Source of the DNA: Octopus vulgaris
Taxonomy: Eukaryota
Assembly: GCA_951406725.2 (NCBI GenBank)
Contig: OX597839.1
Location: forward strand, 29,574,001 to 29,638,000
DNA: 64,000 nt
Reading direction: 5' to 3'
This document shows, piece after piece, positions 14,735-25,736 of this stretch (its first letter is position 1; each line of letters starts with the position of its first letter). The translations under genes were made by a program, and so were the position numbers. Under the pieces are notes generated by a model. That model was not told the origin of the DNA, did not search any database, and saw only the letters and a program-made list of their open reading frames with translations.

Positions 14735-14913
14735 TAGTTGGTGGTGGTCGTGGCAGAGTTGTCCGTAGAAGTCGTTTGACTGTGAAGCAGTCGTCTGGGT
14801 TTTTCCAATTCTTCGTGTGTCGGCGTCCATGCTCGCCCCCGCACCTGTGTTTCTCCTCCCCTTCTTTCCCTCCCTCGTGAAGCTGTGGGGAAGGGGGGAT
14901 AGGGAAAACACAC

Positions 14914-14999
14914 GTCGTAAGCGTTGGCAAGGAGACCACCGTTCTTCTCGAAGAACGACTTCATGGCTTTGAAGTCGCCATGCTCAAAGCAGAAAATGG
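14914..14999 (-). CDS. Candidate 86-nt internal exon, copy 1 (IFCFEHGDFKAMKSFFEKNGGLLANAYD), product unknown
   Basis: Minus strand: pyrimidine tract plus CTAG acceptor, GTGTGT donor, only one open frame, C/G-ending codon bias. Confidence 0.35.
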
Positions 15000-15321
15000 C
15001 TAGGAAAGCGAAGACGAATTTACAAAATGGGGAAACACGCCACACAAAGGCAGGTTTCCCGTGCAAAGAATTTGCACAACCGAACGGATTTATTAGTTGT
15101 TGCGCAATAGACGTCATTGATTAGTTGAAATTGCAGAAGAAAAAACAGCAAATATCTTAGAAACTCTAGAATTTTCTGAATAAAGCCAAGAGAAAAAAAT
15201 GTTTTATTTTGGCAGATTCTACAAGAATACAAAGTTTAGAATTTTTTTGAGAAGAACAGTGGTCTCCTTGACAACGCTTCACAGGTGCAGGTGTGAGCCT
15301 GGACGCCAACACACGGAAAAC

Positions 15322-17728
15322 TGGTGGTGTTGTTGGTGATGATGGTGGAGTTGGTGGTGGTGGAGTTGGTGATGATGGTGATGGTGGTGGTGGTGATGGT
15401 TGGTGGTGGTGTTGGTGGTGGCGTGGTGGTGGTGATGGTGGTGGTGATGGTTGGTGGTGGTGGTGGTTGGTGGTGGCGATGGTGGTGGTGATGGTGGCGG
15501 GTGGTGGTGGTGGTGGTGGTGGTGGTGGTGGTGGTGGTGGTGGTGGTGGTGGTGGTGGTGGTGGTGGTGGTGCTGATGGTGATGATGGTGGTGGTGGTGG
15601 TGGTGGTGGTGGTGGTGGTGGTGGTGGTGGTGGTGGTGGTGGAGTTGGTGATGATGGTGATGGTGGTGGTCGTGATTGTGGTAGTGGTGGAGGAGTTGGT
15701 GGTGGTGATGGTGGTGGTGGTGGTGGTGGAGGAGTTGGTGGTGGTGGAGTTGGTGATGATGGTGATGGTGGTGGTCGTGATTGTGGTAGTGGTGGTGGAG
15801 TTGGTGGTGGTGATGGTGGTGGTGGTGGTGGTGGTGGTGGAGGAGTTGGTGGTGGTGGAGTTGGTGGTGGTGATGGTGGTGGTGGTGGTGGTGGTGGTGG
15901 TGGTGGTGGTGGTGGTGGTGGTGGTGATGGTGGTGGTGGTGGAGGAGTTGGTGGTGGTGAGTTGGTGATGATGGTGATGGTGGTGATGATGGTGATGGTG
16001 GATGGTGGTGGTGAGTTGGTGATGGTGGTGGTGGTGGAGGGTGGTGGTGGTGGTGGTGGTGGTGGTGGTGGTGGTGGTGGTGGTGGTGGTGGTGGTGGTG
16101 GTGGCGACGATGGTGGTGGTGATGGTGGTGGTGGTGGTGGTGGTGGTGGTGGTGGTGGTGGAGGTGGTGGTGGTGGTGGTGATGATGGTGATGGTGGTGG
16201 TGGTGGTGGTGGTGATGGTGATGATGGTGGTCGTGGTGGCGGTGGTGATGGTGGTGGTGGTGGTGGTGGAGTTGGTGATGATGGTGGTGGTGGTGGTGGT
16301 GGTGATGGTGGTGGTGGCGGTGGTGGTGATGGTGATGATGGTGGTGGTGGTGGTGGTGGTGGTGGTGGTGGGTGGTGGTGGTGGTGGTGGTGGTGGTGGT
16401 GATGGTGGTGGTGGTAGCGGCGATGGTGGTGGTGATGGTGGCGGCGATGGTGGTGGTGATGGTGGCGGCGATGGTGGTGGTGATTGTGGTGGTGATGGTG
16501 GTGGTGGTGGTGGCGGCGATGGTGGTGGTGATGGTGGTGGTGATGGTGGTGGTGGTGGTGGTGGAGTTGGTGATGATGGTGATGGTGGTGGTGGTGATGG
16601 TGGTGGTGGTGGTGCTGATGGTGATGATGGTGGTGGTGGCGGTGGTGATGGTGGTGGTGGTGGAGTTGGTGGTGGTGGTGGAGTTGGTGTTGGTGATGGT
16701 GGTGGTGGTGGTGGTGGTGGTGGAGTTGGTGATGGTGGTGGTGGTGATGGTGGTGTTGGTGGTGTTGGTGGTGGTGGCGGCGATGGTGGTGGTGGTGGTG
16801 GTGGCGGCGATGGTGGTGGTGATGGTGTGGTGGTGGTGGTGGTGGTGGTGGTGGGGGCTATGGTGGTGGTGATGGTGGTGGTGATGGTGGTGGTGGTGGT
16901 GGTGATGGTGGTGGTGGTGGTGGTGGTGGTGGTGATGGTGATGATGGTGGTGGTGGTGGCGGAGGTGATGGTGGTGGTGGTGGAGTTGGTGGTGGTGGTG
17001 GTGGTGGAGTTGGTGGTGGTGATGGTGGTGGTGGTGGAGTTGGTGATGGTGGTGATGGTGGTGGTGGTGATGGTGGTGGTGGTGGTGGTGGTGGTGGTGG
17101 TGGTGGTGGTGGTGGTGGTGGTGGTGGTGGTGATGGTGGTAGTGGTGGAGTTGGTGGTGGTGATGGTGGTGGTGATGGTGGTGGAGTTGGTGATGGTGGT
17201 GGTGGTGATGGTGGTGATGGTGGTGGTGGTGGTGGTGGTGATGGTGGTGGTGGTGGTGATGATGGTGGTGGTGGTGGTGTTGGTGATGGTGATGGTGGTA
17301 GTGGTGGAGTTGGTGGTGGTGGTGGTGGTGGAGTTGGTGGTGATGATGGTGATGGTGATGGTGGTGGAGTTGGTGATGGTGGTGGTGGTGATGGTGGTGA
17401 TGGTGGTGGTGGTGGTGGTGGTGATGGTGGTGGTGGTGGTGATGGTGGTGGTGGTGGTGGTGGTGGTGATGGTGGTGGTGGTGGTGGTGGTGGTGATGGT
17501 GGTGGTGGTGGAGTTGGTGGTGATGATGGTGATGGTGATGGTGGTGGAGTTGGTGATGGTGGTGGTGGTGATGGTGGTGATGGTGGTGGTGGTGGTGGTG
17601 GTGGTGATGGTGGTGGTGGTGGTGATGATGGTGGTGGTGGTGGTGGTGGTGGTGGTGGTGGTGGTGATGGTGGTGGTGGTGGTGGTGGTGGTGGTGGTGG
17701 TGGTGGTGGTGGTCGTGGCGGTGATGGT
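15322..17728. repeat. 2.4-kb (GGT)n tract with GAT and GGAGTT interruptions
   Basis: Direct reading; source of the poly-T/H/P/G/V ORFs. Confidence 0.97.
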
Positions 17729-17764
17729 GAAGCAGTGGGGAAGGGGAGGGTAGCGAAAACACAC

Positions 17765-17850
17765 GTGGTAAGCGTTGCCAAGGAGACCACCGTTCTTCTC
17801 GAAGAACGACTTCATGGCTTTGAAGTCGCCATGCTCAAAGCAGAAAATGG
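17765..17850 (-). CDS. Candidate 86-nt internal exon, copy 2 (IFCFEHGDFKAMKSFFEKNGGLLGNAYH)
   Basis: Same splice signals as 14914-14999; two substitutions between the copies. Confidence 0.4.
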
Positions 17851-18235
17851 CTAGGAAAGCCGAAGACGAATTTACAAAATGGGGAAACTCGCCACACAAA
17901 GGCAGGTTTCCCGTGCAAAGAATTTGCACAACCGAATGTATTTTGTATTTATTAGTTGTTGCACAACTTTTACATAAAAAATATTATCCAAACACAAACT
18001 TTTGAAGAAAACAGAAAGGCAAACTTACTACAATATAGTAGCCCTTTGGCTGCTATTTCTAAAATTTTCAGTATGTGGTCAAGCAACTTGTTGCAAAAAC
18101 CCTTATTACTATAATTATATAAGTTTTTCACCGAATATGGTCTTTTTCCATACCGAAATACTACTAGGTGAAATTTGTTGATTTTATTAAATTAATTATA
18201 TTTCACCTTATATCTGTAATGATATATATATATAT

Positions 18236-18445
18236 TGTTAATCCAAACAAGAAAGCACAAAAAAACACAACAACGCGAGGACGTGGAGCAAATATAGTAT
18301 TATTGGACGCTCAGGAAAGAAGGAAAGAAGGAGGGTTTAACGTTTCGAGCGGAGCTCTTCGTCGGAAACATAGGAGAAGGAAAGATCCAGAGAAGGGAAG
18401 ACAGAGGGAAAAAATCGCCAACGGTACACACGAGGTCACATTTTG
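18236..18445 (-). mobile_element. (TA)n-embedded short element, family B, with hammerhead motif at 18335-18369
   Basis: Minus strand: guuu-CCGACGA-a-gagc(ucc)gcuc-GAAACGUU-aaac; TA flanks; second copy at 62456-62627. Confidence 0.8.
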
Positions 18446-18485
18446 ATATATATATATATATATACACAAACACACACACACATAA

Positions 18486-18635
18486 AATTTTCGCTGCGTT
18501 AGTTTTGAATTATGACATTGGGCTATGTGTGTGTCAAGTTTCATCAGAATCTGTTGAAAGCCGTGGTCAGGGTGAGGGTACAACCTGACAGACACACAGA
18601 CAGACAGACAAACTGCCGTTTATATATAGAGAGAT
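18486..18635 (+). mobile_element. Helentron-associated (HINE/DINE-like) 3' fragment
   Basis: caagtttcatcagaatc, then a (GACA)n run, then ttatatatagagagat terminus: the typical HINE layout. Confidence 0.5.
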
Positions 18636-19014
18636 TTAGCAATCATTTCTAACATACCGAGTGACTACATAGAGGCTCCGTCGTTGGTTCGTCTCGGTTC
18701 ATACATAAATCGGGAAGCGTGTGTCGTCTGCCAGCTTTGACGACATTGAAACGATTGAAAGGAAGTAGTTATGACGTACGTGTGGTTTTTGGCTCTGTGT
18801 GGGTGGGTGAGCGAGAAAGCACGTGTGTGTGAATACATGTGCTTGCGCAATGCATCTCTGTGTGTATGCGAGTGTGATTATGTGAGCGTTTGTACGTGTG
18901 TGTGTGTGTGTGTATGTGTGTGTGTATGCGTTTGAGTTTGTGTGAGCATATGTGCATATGGATATTCATATGTGCGGCGTGTGTATGCATACGTGTGTAC
19001 ATGTATACAAGAAC

Positions 19015-19061
<47 letters not shown>

Positions 19062-19101
19062 TACGCGTGTATGTATGTGTATAAACGCAAGTATTTACAT
19101 A

Positions 19102-19522
<421 letters not shown>

Positions 19523-19527
19523 GCATA

Positions 19528-19746
19528 CGAAGGGGTGCTGAAAAGTTCCTAGCTTTAAGGGTGTCGCAAAAGTCTTGATTGGAGGCCCAGCATTCCGGGT
19601 CCTTTTATAGGGCTTAGAAAGATTGAAGGAATGTTGCAACAAGTGTCTGAATCTGAGAAGGGAATATGTTGGATAAAACCATAATTAACAGATCCTTCTA
19701 TATTTTCTTTTACCCTTAAAGCCAGGAACCTTTCAGCACATCGTTC
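19528..19746. mobile_element. Mariner-like MITE, copy 2
   Basis: gtgctgaaaagttcctagctttaagggt / acccttaaagccaggaacctttcagcac inverted termini. Confidence 0.8.
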
Positions 19747-20039
19747 TGCGTATGTCTGTATGCGTATGCGCATGTGTGTACCTGTTTGCGTACGTGCGTG
19801 TCTGCGCACGCGTGCGTTTGTGTGAGTATTGCGTGGGCTTTGGTGACATTGTCAACATGTGTGTGGGTGGTTGTTTACGTTTGTACCTGAATGTCACGAG
19901 ATGAGGAAGACAAAACAGACGACGATTCTTTAACAACAAACTCAACACAAAAGGAGAATCTTTTAAAATATCAATTAAACAGAATAATTATCCTTTTTTT
20001 CAAAAAAAAAACCTTGAAATTTTCAGATGAATCTTTTAG

Positions 20040-20297
20040 GTTTTTATCTCTTTTACTGATTTTAGTCATTGGATTGCGGCCATGCTGGGGTAACACCTTC
20101 AAGGATTTAATCGAAACAAATCGCCCCCACTACTTTTTATACATTTTTTTAAAAGCTTGGTACTTATTTTATCGTTTTCTTTTTGCCGAACTGCTACGGG
20201 ATGGGGTGTAAACAAACCAACACCGGTTGTCAAGTGGTGATGGATGACAAACACAAACACATAGATGTATACATATATGTGTGTGTGTGTGTGTATG

Positions 20298-20339
<42 letters not shown>

Positions 20340-20694
20340 TTCGTCGTGGCACTCCGTCGGTTACGACGACGAGGGTTCCAGGTGATCCAATCAACGGAAC
20401 AGCCTGCTCGTGAAATTAACGTACAAGTGGTTGAGCACTCCACAGACATGTGTACCCTTAACGTAGTTCTCGGGGAGATTCAGCGTGACAAGGCTGGCCC
20501 TTTGAAATACAGGTACAAGAGAAACAGGAAGAAAGAGTGAGACAAATTGTGGAGAAAGAATACAGCTCCTAGTGGTGCCTCGTAGAGCTTTAGGTGTTTT
20601 CATTCAATAAAAACTCACAACGCCCAGTCTGGGAATCGAAACCGCGATCCTATGACCGTGAGCCCACTGCCCTAACCACTGGGCCATTGCGCCT

Positions 20695-20730
<36 letters not shown>

Positions 20731-20910
20731 GTATACTGTTCCGTGATAGAGAGATCAATGAAAAAAGAACTCCATCTGGTGAGAGATAAATATATATTCT
20801 GTCTACCAACTCCACTCGTAAGATTTTGGTCAGCTCGGATCCCTAGTAAAATACACTTGCCCAAGGTACCGCGCAGCAGGACCGAACCCTGAATCATGTG
20901 ATTGGGAAGA
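20040..20910 (-). mobile_element. SINE family 1 split by a nested family 3 SINE
   Basis: Tail at 20040-20270 and head at 20795-20910 in the same orientation, with an insert in the internal microsatellite. Confidence 0.75.
20342..20697 (-). mobile_element. tRNA-derived SINE, family 3
   Basis: Minus-strand head ggaggcgcaatggcccagtggttaggg...gtttcgattccc; tail shared with 46051-46380 (gagaactac..taagggtac...taaccgacggagtgcca). Confidence 0.85.
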
Positions 20911-20958
20911 AAAACTTCGGTAATAATTTTAAAAAAAGATATTAAATTTAAAGAACAT

Positions 20959-21354
20959 ATTCTTTTCTACTCTAGGTAGAAAGCTCGAAATCTTTGTTGA
21001 AGGAGCCAGTCGATTAGATCGACCACAGTACGCAACTGGTACTTAATTTATCGATATCCAAAAGGTAAAGTCGACCTCGGCGGAATTTGAACTTAGAACA
21101 TAAAGACAGACGAAATACCTATTTCTTTACTACCCACAAGGGACTAAAAACAGAGAGGACAAACAATGAACAGACAAACGGATTAAGTCGATTACATCGA
21201 CCCCAGTGCGTAACTGGTACTTATTTAATCGACCTCGAAAGGATGAAAGGTAAAATCGATCTCGGCGGAATTTGAACTCAGAACATATAGCGGCAGACGA
21301 AATACGGCTACGCATTTCGCCCGGCGTGCTAACGTTTCTGCCAGCTCGCCGCCT
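20959..21354 (-). mobile_element. Nin-domain SINE, family 2, dimeric form
   Basis: Head aaggcggcgagctggcagaaacgttagc, B box gagttcaaattcc, and a cctttcatcctttcgaggtcgat...aagtacc block; the B-box/Nin segment occurs twice. Confidence 0.88.
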
Positions 21355-22172
21355 TAATTTAAAAAATATATTATAAGCATCTAGAACCTTCGAAAGAACA
21401 TAAAATGATTTGTTTCATTTTTAGCGCTTAAAACTATAAAAAAAATACGTAACATTTTAAAATGATATTTATTTTCATAATTGAAGTGAAAAATCATTTT
21501 TGGCATTAAATTCTAAGACAACAGGCATTTTGATTATTTTCAAAGAGAATTTTAAGAAAACTTAAACCCATAATCTGTTTTGATTTAATTTTAAAATAAT
21601 TTTACACTAAATTTAACATAAAATTTTTGAAAAACTTAAAATATTTCGAGTAATGCTTACTTAATTATATACTAAAACTTTTAATTTCTAAAATATATTT
21701 TAAATTTAATTTTTCAATTAATATTCTAAAATATTAGTATAGTTTTTTTTAAATAATTATTTTTGAAATTGAAATTTTAAAAACTTTCTGTTAGAAAAGA
21801 TTTAACCAAATTTCAAAAACTTTAATTTAAACATCAGTTTTGCTTAATCAAATTTTTAAAATGATTTTCTATATTTAATTCTTACCAGACTTTCAAAAAT
21901 ATTTCTAAGGTTTTTTTCAAAAACAAAATTGTCTTTCAAATTGATACAAAATAAAATCAGATTTAAGATATATTTTAATTGTTTGTGTTTAATGCACTTT
22001 TTAATTTGACGTTTGTTTTGTCTTTTGCTTTCCGGCGGTTATAAGCAGAATCTCATATTTCCTTAATATGAAAAGAGCATAACCCACCCCTCGCTCACAA
22101 CTCTTCCTCACACACACACACACATATATACGTATATAGTGGGAATTAAAATAAACTTCAGTATAAATTATT

Positions 22173-22272
22173 AGTTCTTACGTACGTTTCATCACTGTGG
22201 TTATTTGGAACTCAGCACTGGATGTTCCATGAGCATTTGAATGCTTAACCGCAATGGATCATCAGGGGAACA
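22173..22272 (-). ncRNA. Hammerhead-like motif with long stem II
   Basis: Minus strand: CUGAUGA, cauugcgguua...uaaccacagug stem, GAAACGUACGUA; stem I (guuc/gaac) is imperfect. Confidence 0.55.
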
Positions 22273-22334
22273 CTTTATTGCGTTCTGCTACAGAAATGCG
22301 AGATACGTGAACGCATGTATGTATGTATCATGAA

Positions 22335-23395
22335 CTTATTGTATACAGAGCTCAGGTGCATTACAACTTATCAGAAAAAGTAGCCAAAAGTGCATGAACG
22401 GTGCAGAGAATAATGCACAGGAAGTGAAGAGTAAATGAGTCGTTTACGAAAAAGGGGAAGAGGATTTTCCGGTGTACTGTTGGCGAATTTCGGGAAGCAT
22501 GGAGGTTTTGAAGAATGTAGTGTCCCAACAGCTAACAACTGTTGCGAGTAGTTTATTCCATGCTTTAGCAATTCCAGAGTCTGAAAAAAATGTTTCCGAA
22601 AGTTATGGGTTCTGTGTTTCCTTATGATTTTGTAAGCATGTCCACGAGTGTTTGACAAATGGAATTCAAAAATGTTCTCAAGGTTGTGTTTGGAAAGACG
22701 AGGGATAATCTTGGACGTGTCCTTACCCAGGGAAGGGTAAGACATTCGGAGTGTGGTAGGTACCTGACGGCGGTTATTCGTGTGGTCGCTCTTTTCTGAA
22801 CAGCTTCCAGCAGATGATATATATGCTGAATAAGATAGGGGCTCCAGACTGGTGATACAAACTCTACGTGTGGACGTACCATAGCCATATACAGCTTTAA
22901 ACAGACAGCTAGAAGAGCGGCTGGCAAAAGTTTTACAATTTTAGATATGTGGTTTGTCTAACGCAAATTGCTGCTGACAATAATGTCCAGATCATCTTTA
23001 CTAGCAAACTTCTTTAGATTGATGTCGTAGAGGGAGTATATAAAAGCTGGGTTTTTACCTCCCAAAATGTTTGGTGGTGCACTGGTCCAAGGCCAGCTTG
23101 AGTTTCCAGTCAGTAATCCATTGCTGCATTATGTCCAGGTCTGATTGCAGGAAAGATCTATAGCGTATAGGATCTGTTCTTTTTATCTCAAGATGTCATC
23201 TGTATATTTCAACACCGTAATGTTCTTCAAGTTGACATCTGTGTCATTATCATTAATATATACAACAAAAAAACAGAGGTCCAAGAACGGGTTCGTGTGT
23301 TACACCAGATGTCATTTCATAGGGTTATGAACGCTGTCATTGAACCGTGACTATCTCTTTTCGACTAAGAACGAAGGACTTCAACCACATATGTT
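22335..23395 (-). pseudogene. Decayed CR1/L2-group LINE: RT C-terminal half and 3' end
   Basis: MTSGVTHEPVLGPLFFVVYIND, KYTDDI (YADD box), LYMAMVRPHVEFVSPVWSPY, LEAVQKRAT, TRGHAYK. Confidence 0.9.
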
Positions 23396-23417
23396 GCATG
23401 CGTGAGTGTGTGTGTGT

Positions 23418-23493
<76 letters not shown>

Positions 23494-23689
23494 ATTGTTT
23501 CTATTCATAAGTAAGTGTAGGCATGCTGTTTTGTTAAGAAGTTCGCTTCTCAATCGCGTGATTTCGGTTTCAGTTCGCCCGGGCGACATTTTGGGCGAAT
23601 GTCTTCTATACAGCCCCAGTGTAAAGAATTCAATTTAAACTCCATCCACCGCCCTCACACACACGAACACACATACATTTCAAGTTAAA

Positions 23690-23890
23690 TTATCGTGCAA
23701 GTGGCTGAGTACTCCACAGACATGCGTACCTTCAGGGAAATTCAGTGTGACACAGAATGTGACAAGTCTGGCCCTTTGAATTACAAGTACAACTCACTTT
23801 TGCCAGCTGAGTGGACTGGAGCAATGTGAAATAAAGTGTCTTGCTCAAGGACACAACTCGCCGTCGGGAATTGAACTAAGCCACGAGATT
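23690..23890 (-). mobile_element. SINE family 3 fragment
   Basis: gtggctgagtactccacagac...aaagtgtcttgctcaaggacacaac. Confidence 0.8.
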
Positions 23891-24517
23891 TCACTTTTTG
23901 ATGTCTTTAAGAAAAAAATCAATCACTGGACATTGGAGGTTCTGAGTCTGCATTTTAACATACAAACGTTGGTAGTATTTATTTTGTTTGTTTGTTTTTC
24001 TCCCCCCCCCCGCCCTTTATTCTAATGAGAAACTTATTCGGATTAGAGGATTTGCAAGTGCAGTACCCCCCCACCCCTGCCAAACGTGTCGTTTGTATTT
24101 GATGAAAGTAAATATATCTTGTTTGCATTCGGAAGCACTGGTTTGTTTTTACTTTCTGGTAATTTAAAACCGATGCTTCAATTCGATTTTACTAAAGGTA
24201 TAACGTAATTACGAATATATTTATACATTTCAAATACGATCGAAATATACATTAGACAAAAACAAAATGTATTGATAAACATCAAATGCAGAAGAAATAT
24301 GTTTATATACAAAACAACATATATTAATAGAGTTGAAATGCAAACGAAATATGTTTGCCATAGAAAAATATATATTTATATTTTCTAAATGAGAATAAAA
24401 TATATTGATATACAAAATTAAATACAAACACGTCTAAGTAGCGCATGCGCGTAATCAGCAAAACACTTGTATAGACATAAATGGCCTCGCACGTTACCTC
24501 GCTTGACGGAGACCTCT

Positions 24518-24955
24518 TCTACTCTTTTACTTGTTTCAGTCATATGACTGCGGCCATGCTGGAGCACCGCCTTTAGTCGAGAAAATTGACCCCAGGACTT
24601 ATTCTTTGTAAGCCTAGTACTTATTCTGTCGGTCTCTTTTGAGTGGGAATCTTTTGATTTCTATCGGTCTCCTTTGCCGAACCGCAAACACACCAGCATC
24701 GGTTGTCAAGCGATGTTGGGGGGACAAACACAGACACACAGACACACACACACACACATTCACACACACACACATATATACATACACATATATACGACGG
24801 GCTTCTTTCAGTTTCCGTCTACCAAATCCACTCACAAGGCTTTGGTCGGCCCAATACTTTAGTAGAAGATACTTGCCCAAGGTGCCATGCAGTGGGACTG
24901 AACCCGGAACCATGTAGTTGGTAAGCAAGCTACTTACCATAGCCATTCCTGTGCC
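24518..24955 (-). mobile_element. SINE family 1, near full length
   Basis: Colinear with 46730-47141, with a small internal duplication at about 24620-24670. Confidence 0.92.
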
Positions 24956-25005
24956 AAGATTTTTAGTTTTTTTCTGGTGGTATTTATAAATTATTCTTAT
25001 TGGTA

Positions 25006-25071
<66 letters not shown>

Positions 25072-25129
25072 GACAAAAAAAAGCAATAATCCTTTCTATT
25101 ATACCAAAAGAAAAGAAAGAAGAAATGTT

Positions 25130-25560
25130 TTCTTCTTGAGCCGCACCGGGCTCCAAAGGTTCCAGTGGCGTATAAATTTCCCATCGAGACGGGAAGCTGA
25201 TCCGTCGCAGACTTACTCACTTTTGCCTGCTGAGTGGACTGGAGCAACGTGAAGTGAAGTGTTTAGCTCAAGAACGCAACGCATCGCCCGGTCCAAGAAT
25301 CGAAACCACAATCCAACACCCTAACCACTAAGCCACGCGCCTCCACTTTCTACTATATGCACAAGGCCTGAAATGTTGGGGAAGGGGGGATAGTCGATTA
25401 CATCGACCCCGGTTCTCACTGGTACTTATTTTATCGACACTGAAAGGATGAAAAGGCAAAGTCAACCTCGGCGAAATTTGAACTCAGATCATAAAGACAA
25501 ACGAAATACCGCTAAGTACTTCGCCCGGCGTGCTAACGTTTCTGCCAGCTCGCCGCCTTA
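25130..25560 (-). mobile_element. Adjacent family 3-like SINE (25130-25345) and family 2 SINE (25346-25560)
   Basis: Termini ccctaaccactaagccacgcgcctcc and ttctgccagctcgccgcctt. Confidence 0.85.
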
Positions 25561-25589
25561 ATAATAATATATATATGCATATCTATCAC

Positions 25590-25736
<147 letters not shown>

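Noticed and set aside
17774-17787. RFX X-box-like GTTGCCAAGGAGAC
   Set aside because: One mismatch to consensus, changed in the other copy, and no promoter context.
15236-17929. Mucin-, extensin- or His-rich 800-900 aa ORFs
   Set aside because: (ACC)n reads open in all frames, and the frame switches mid-tract.
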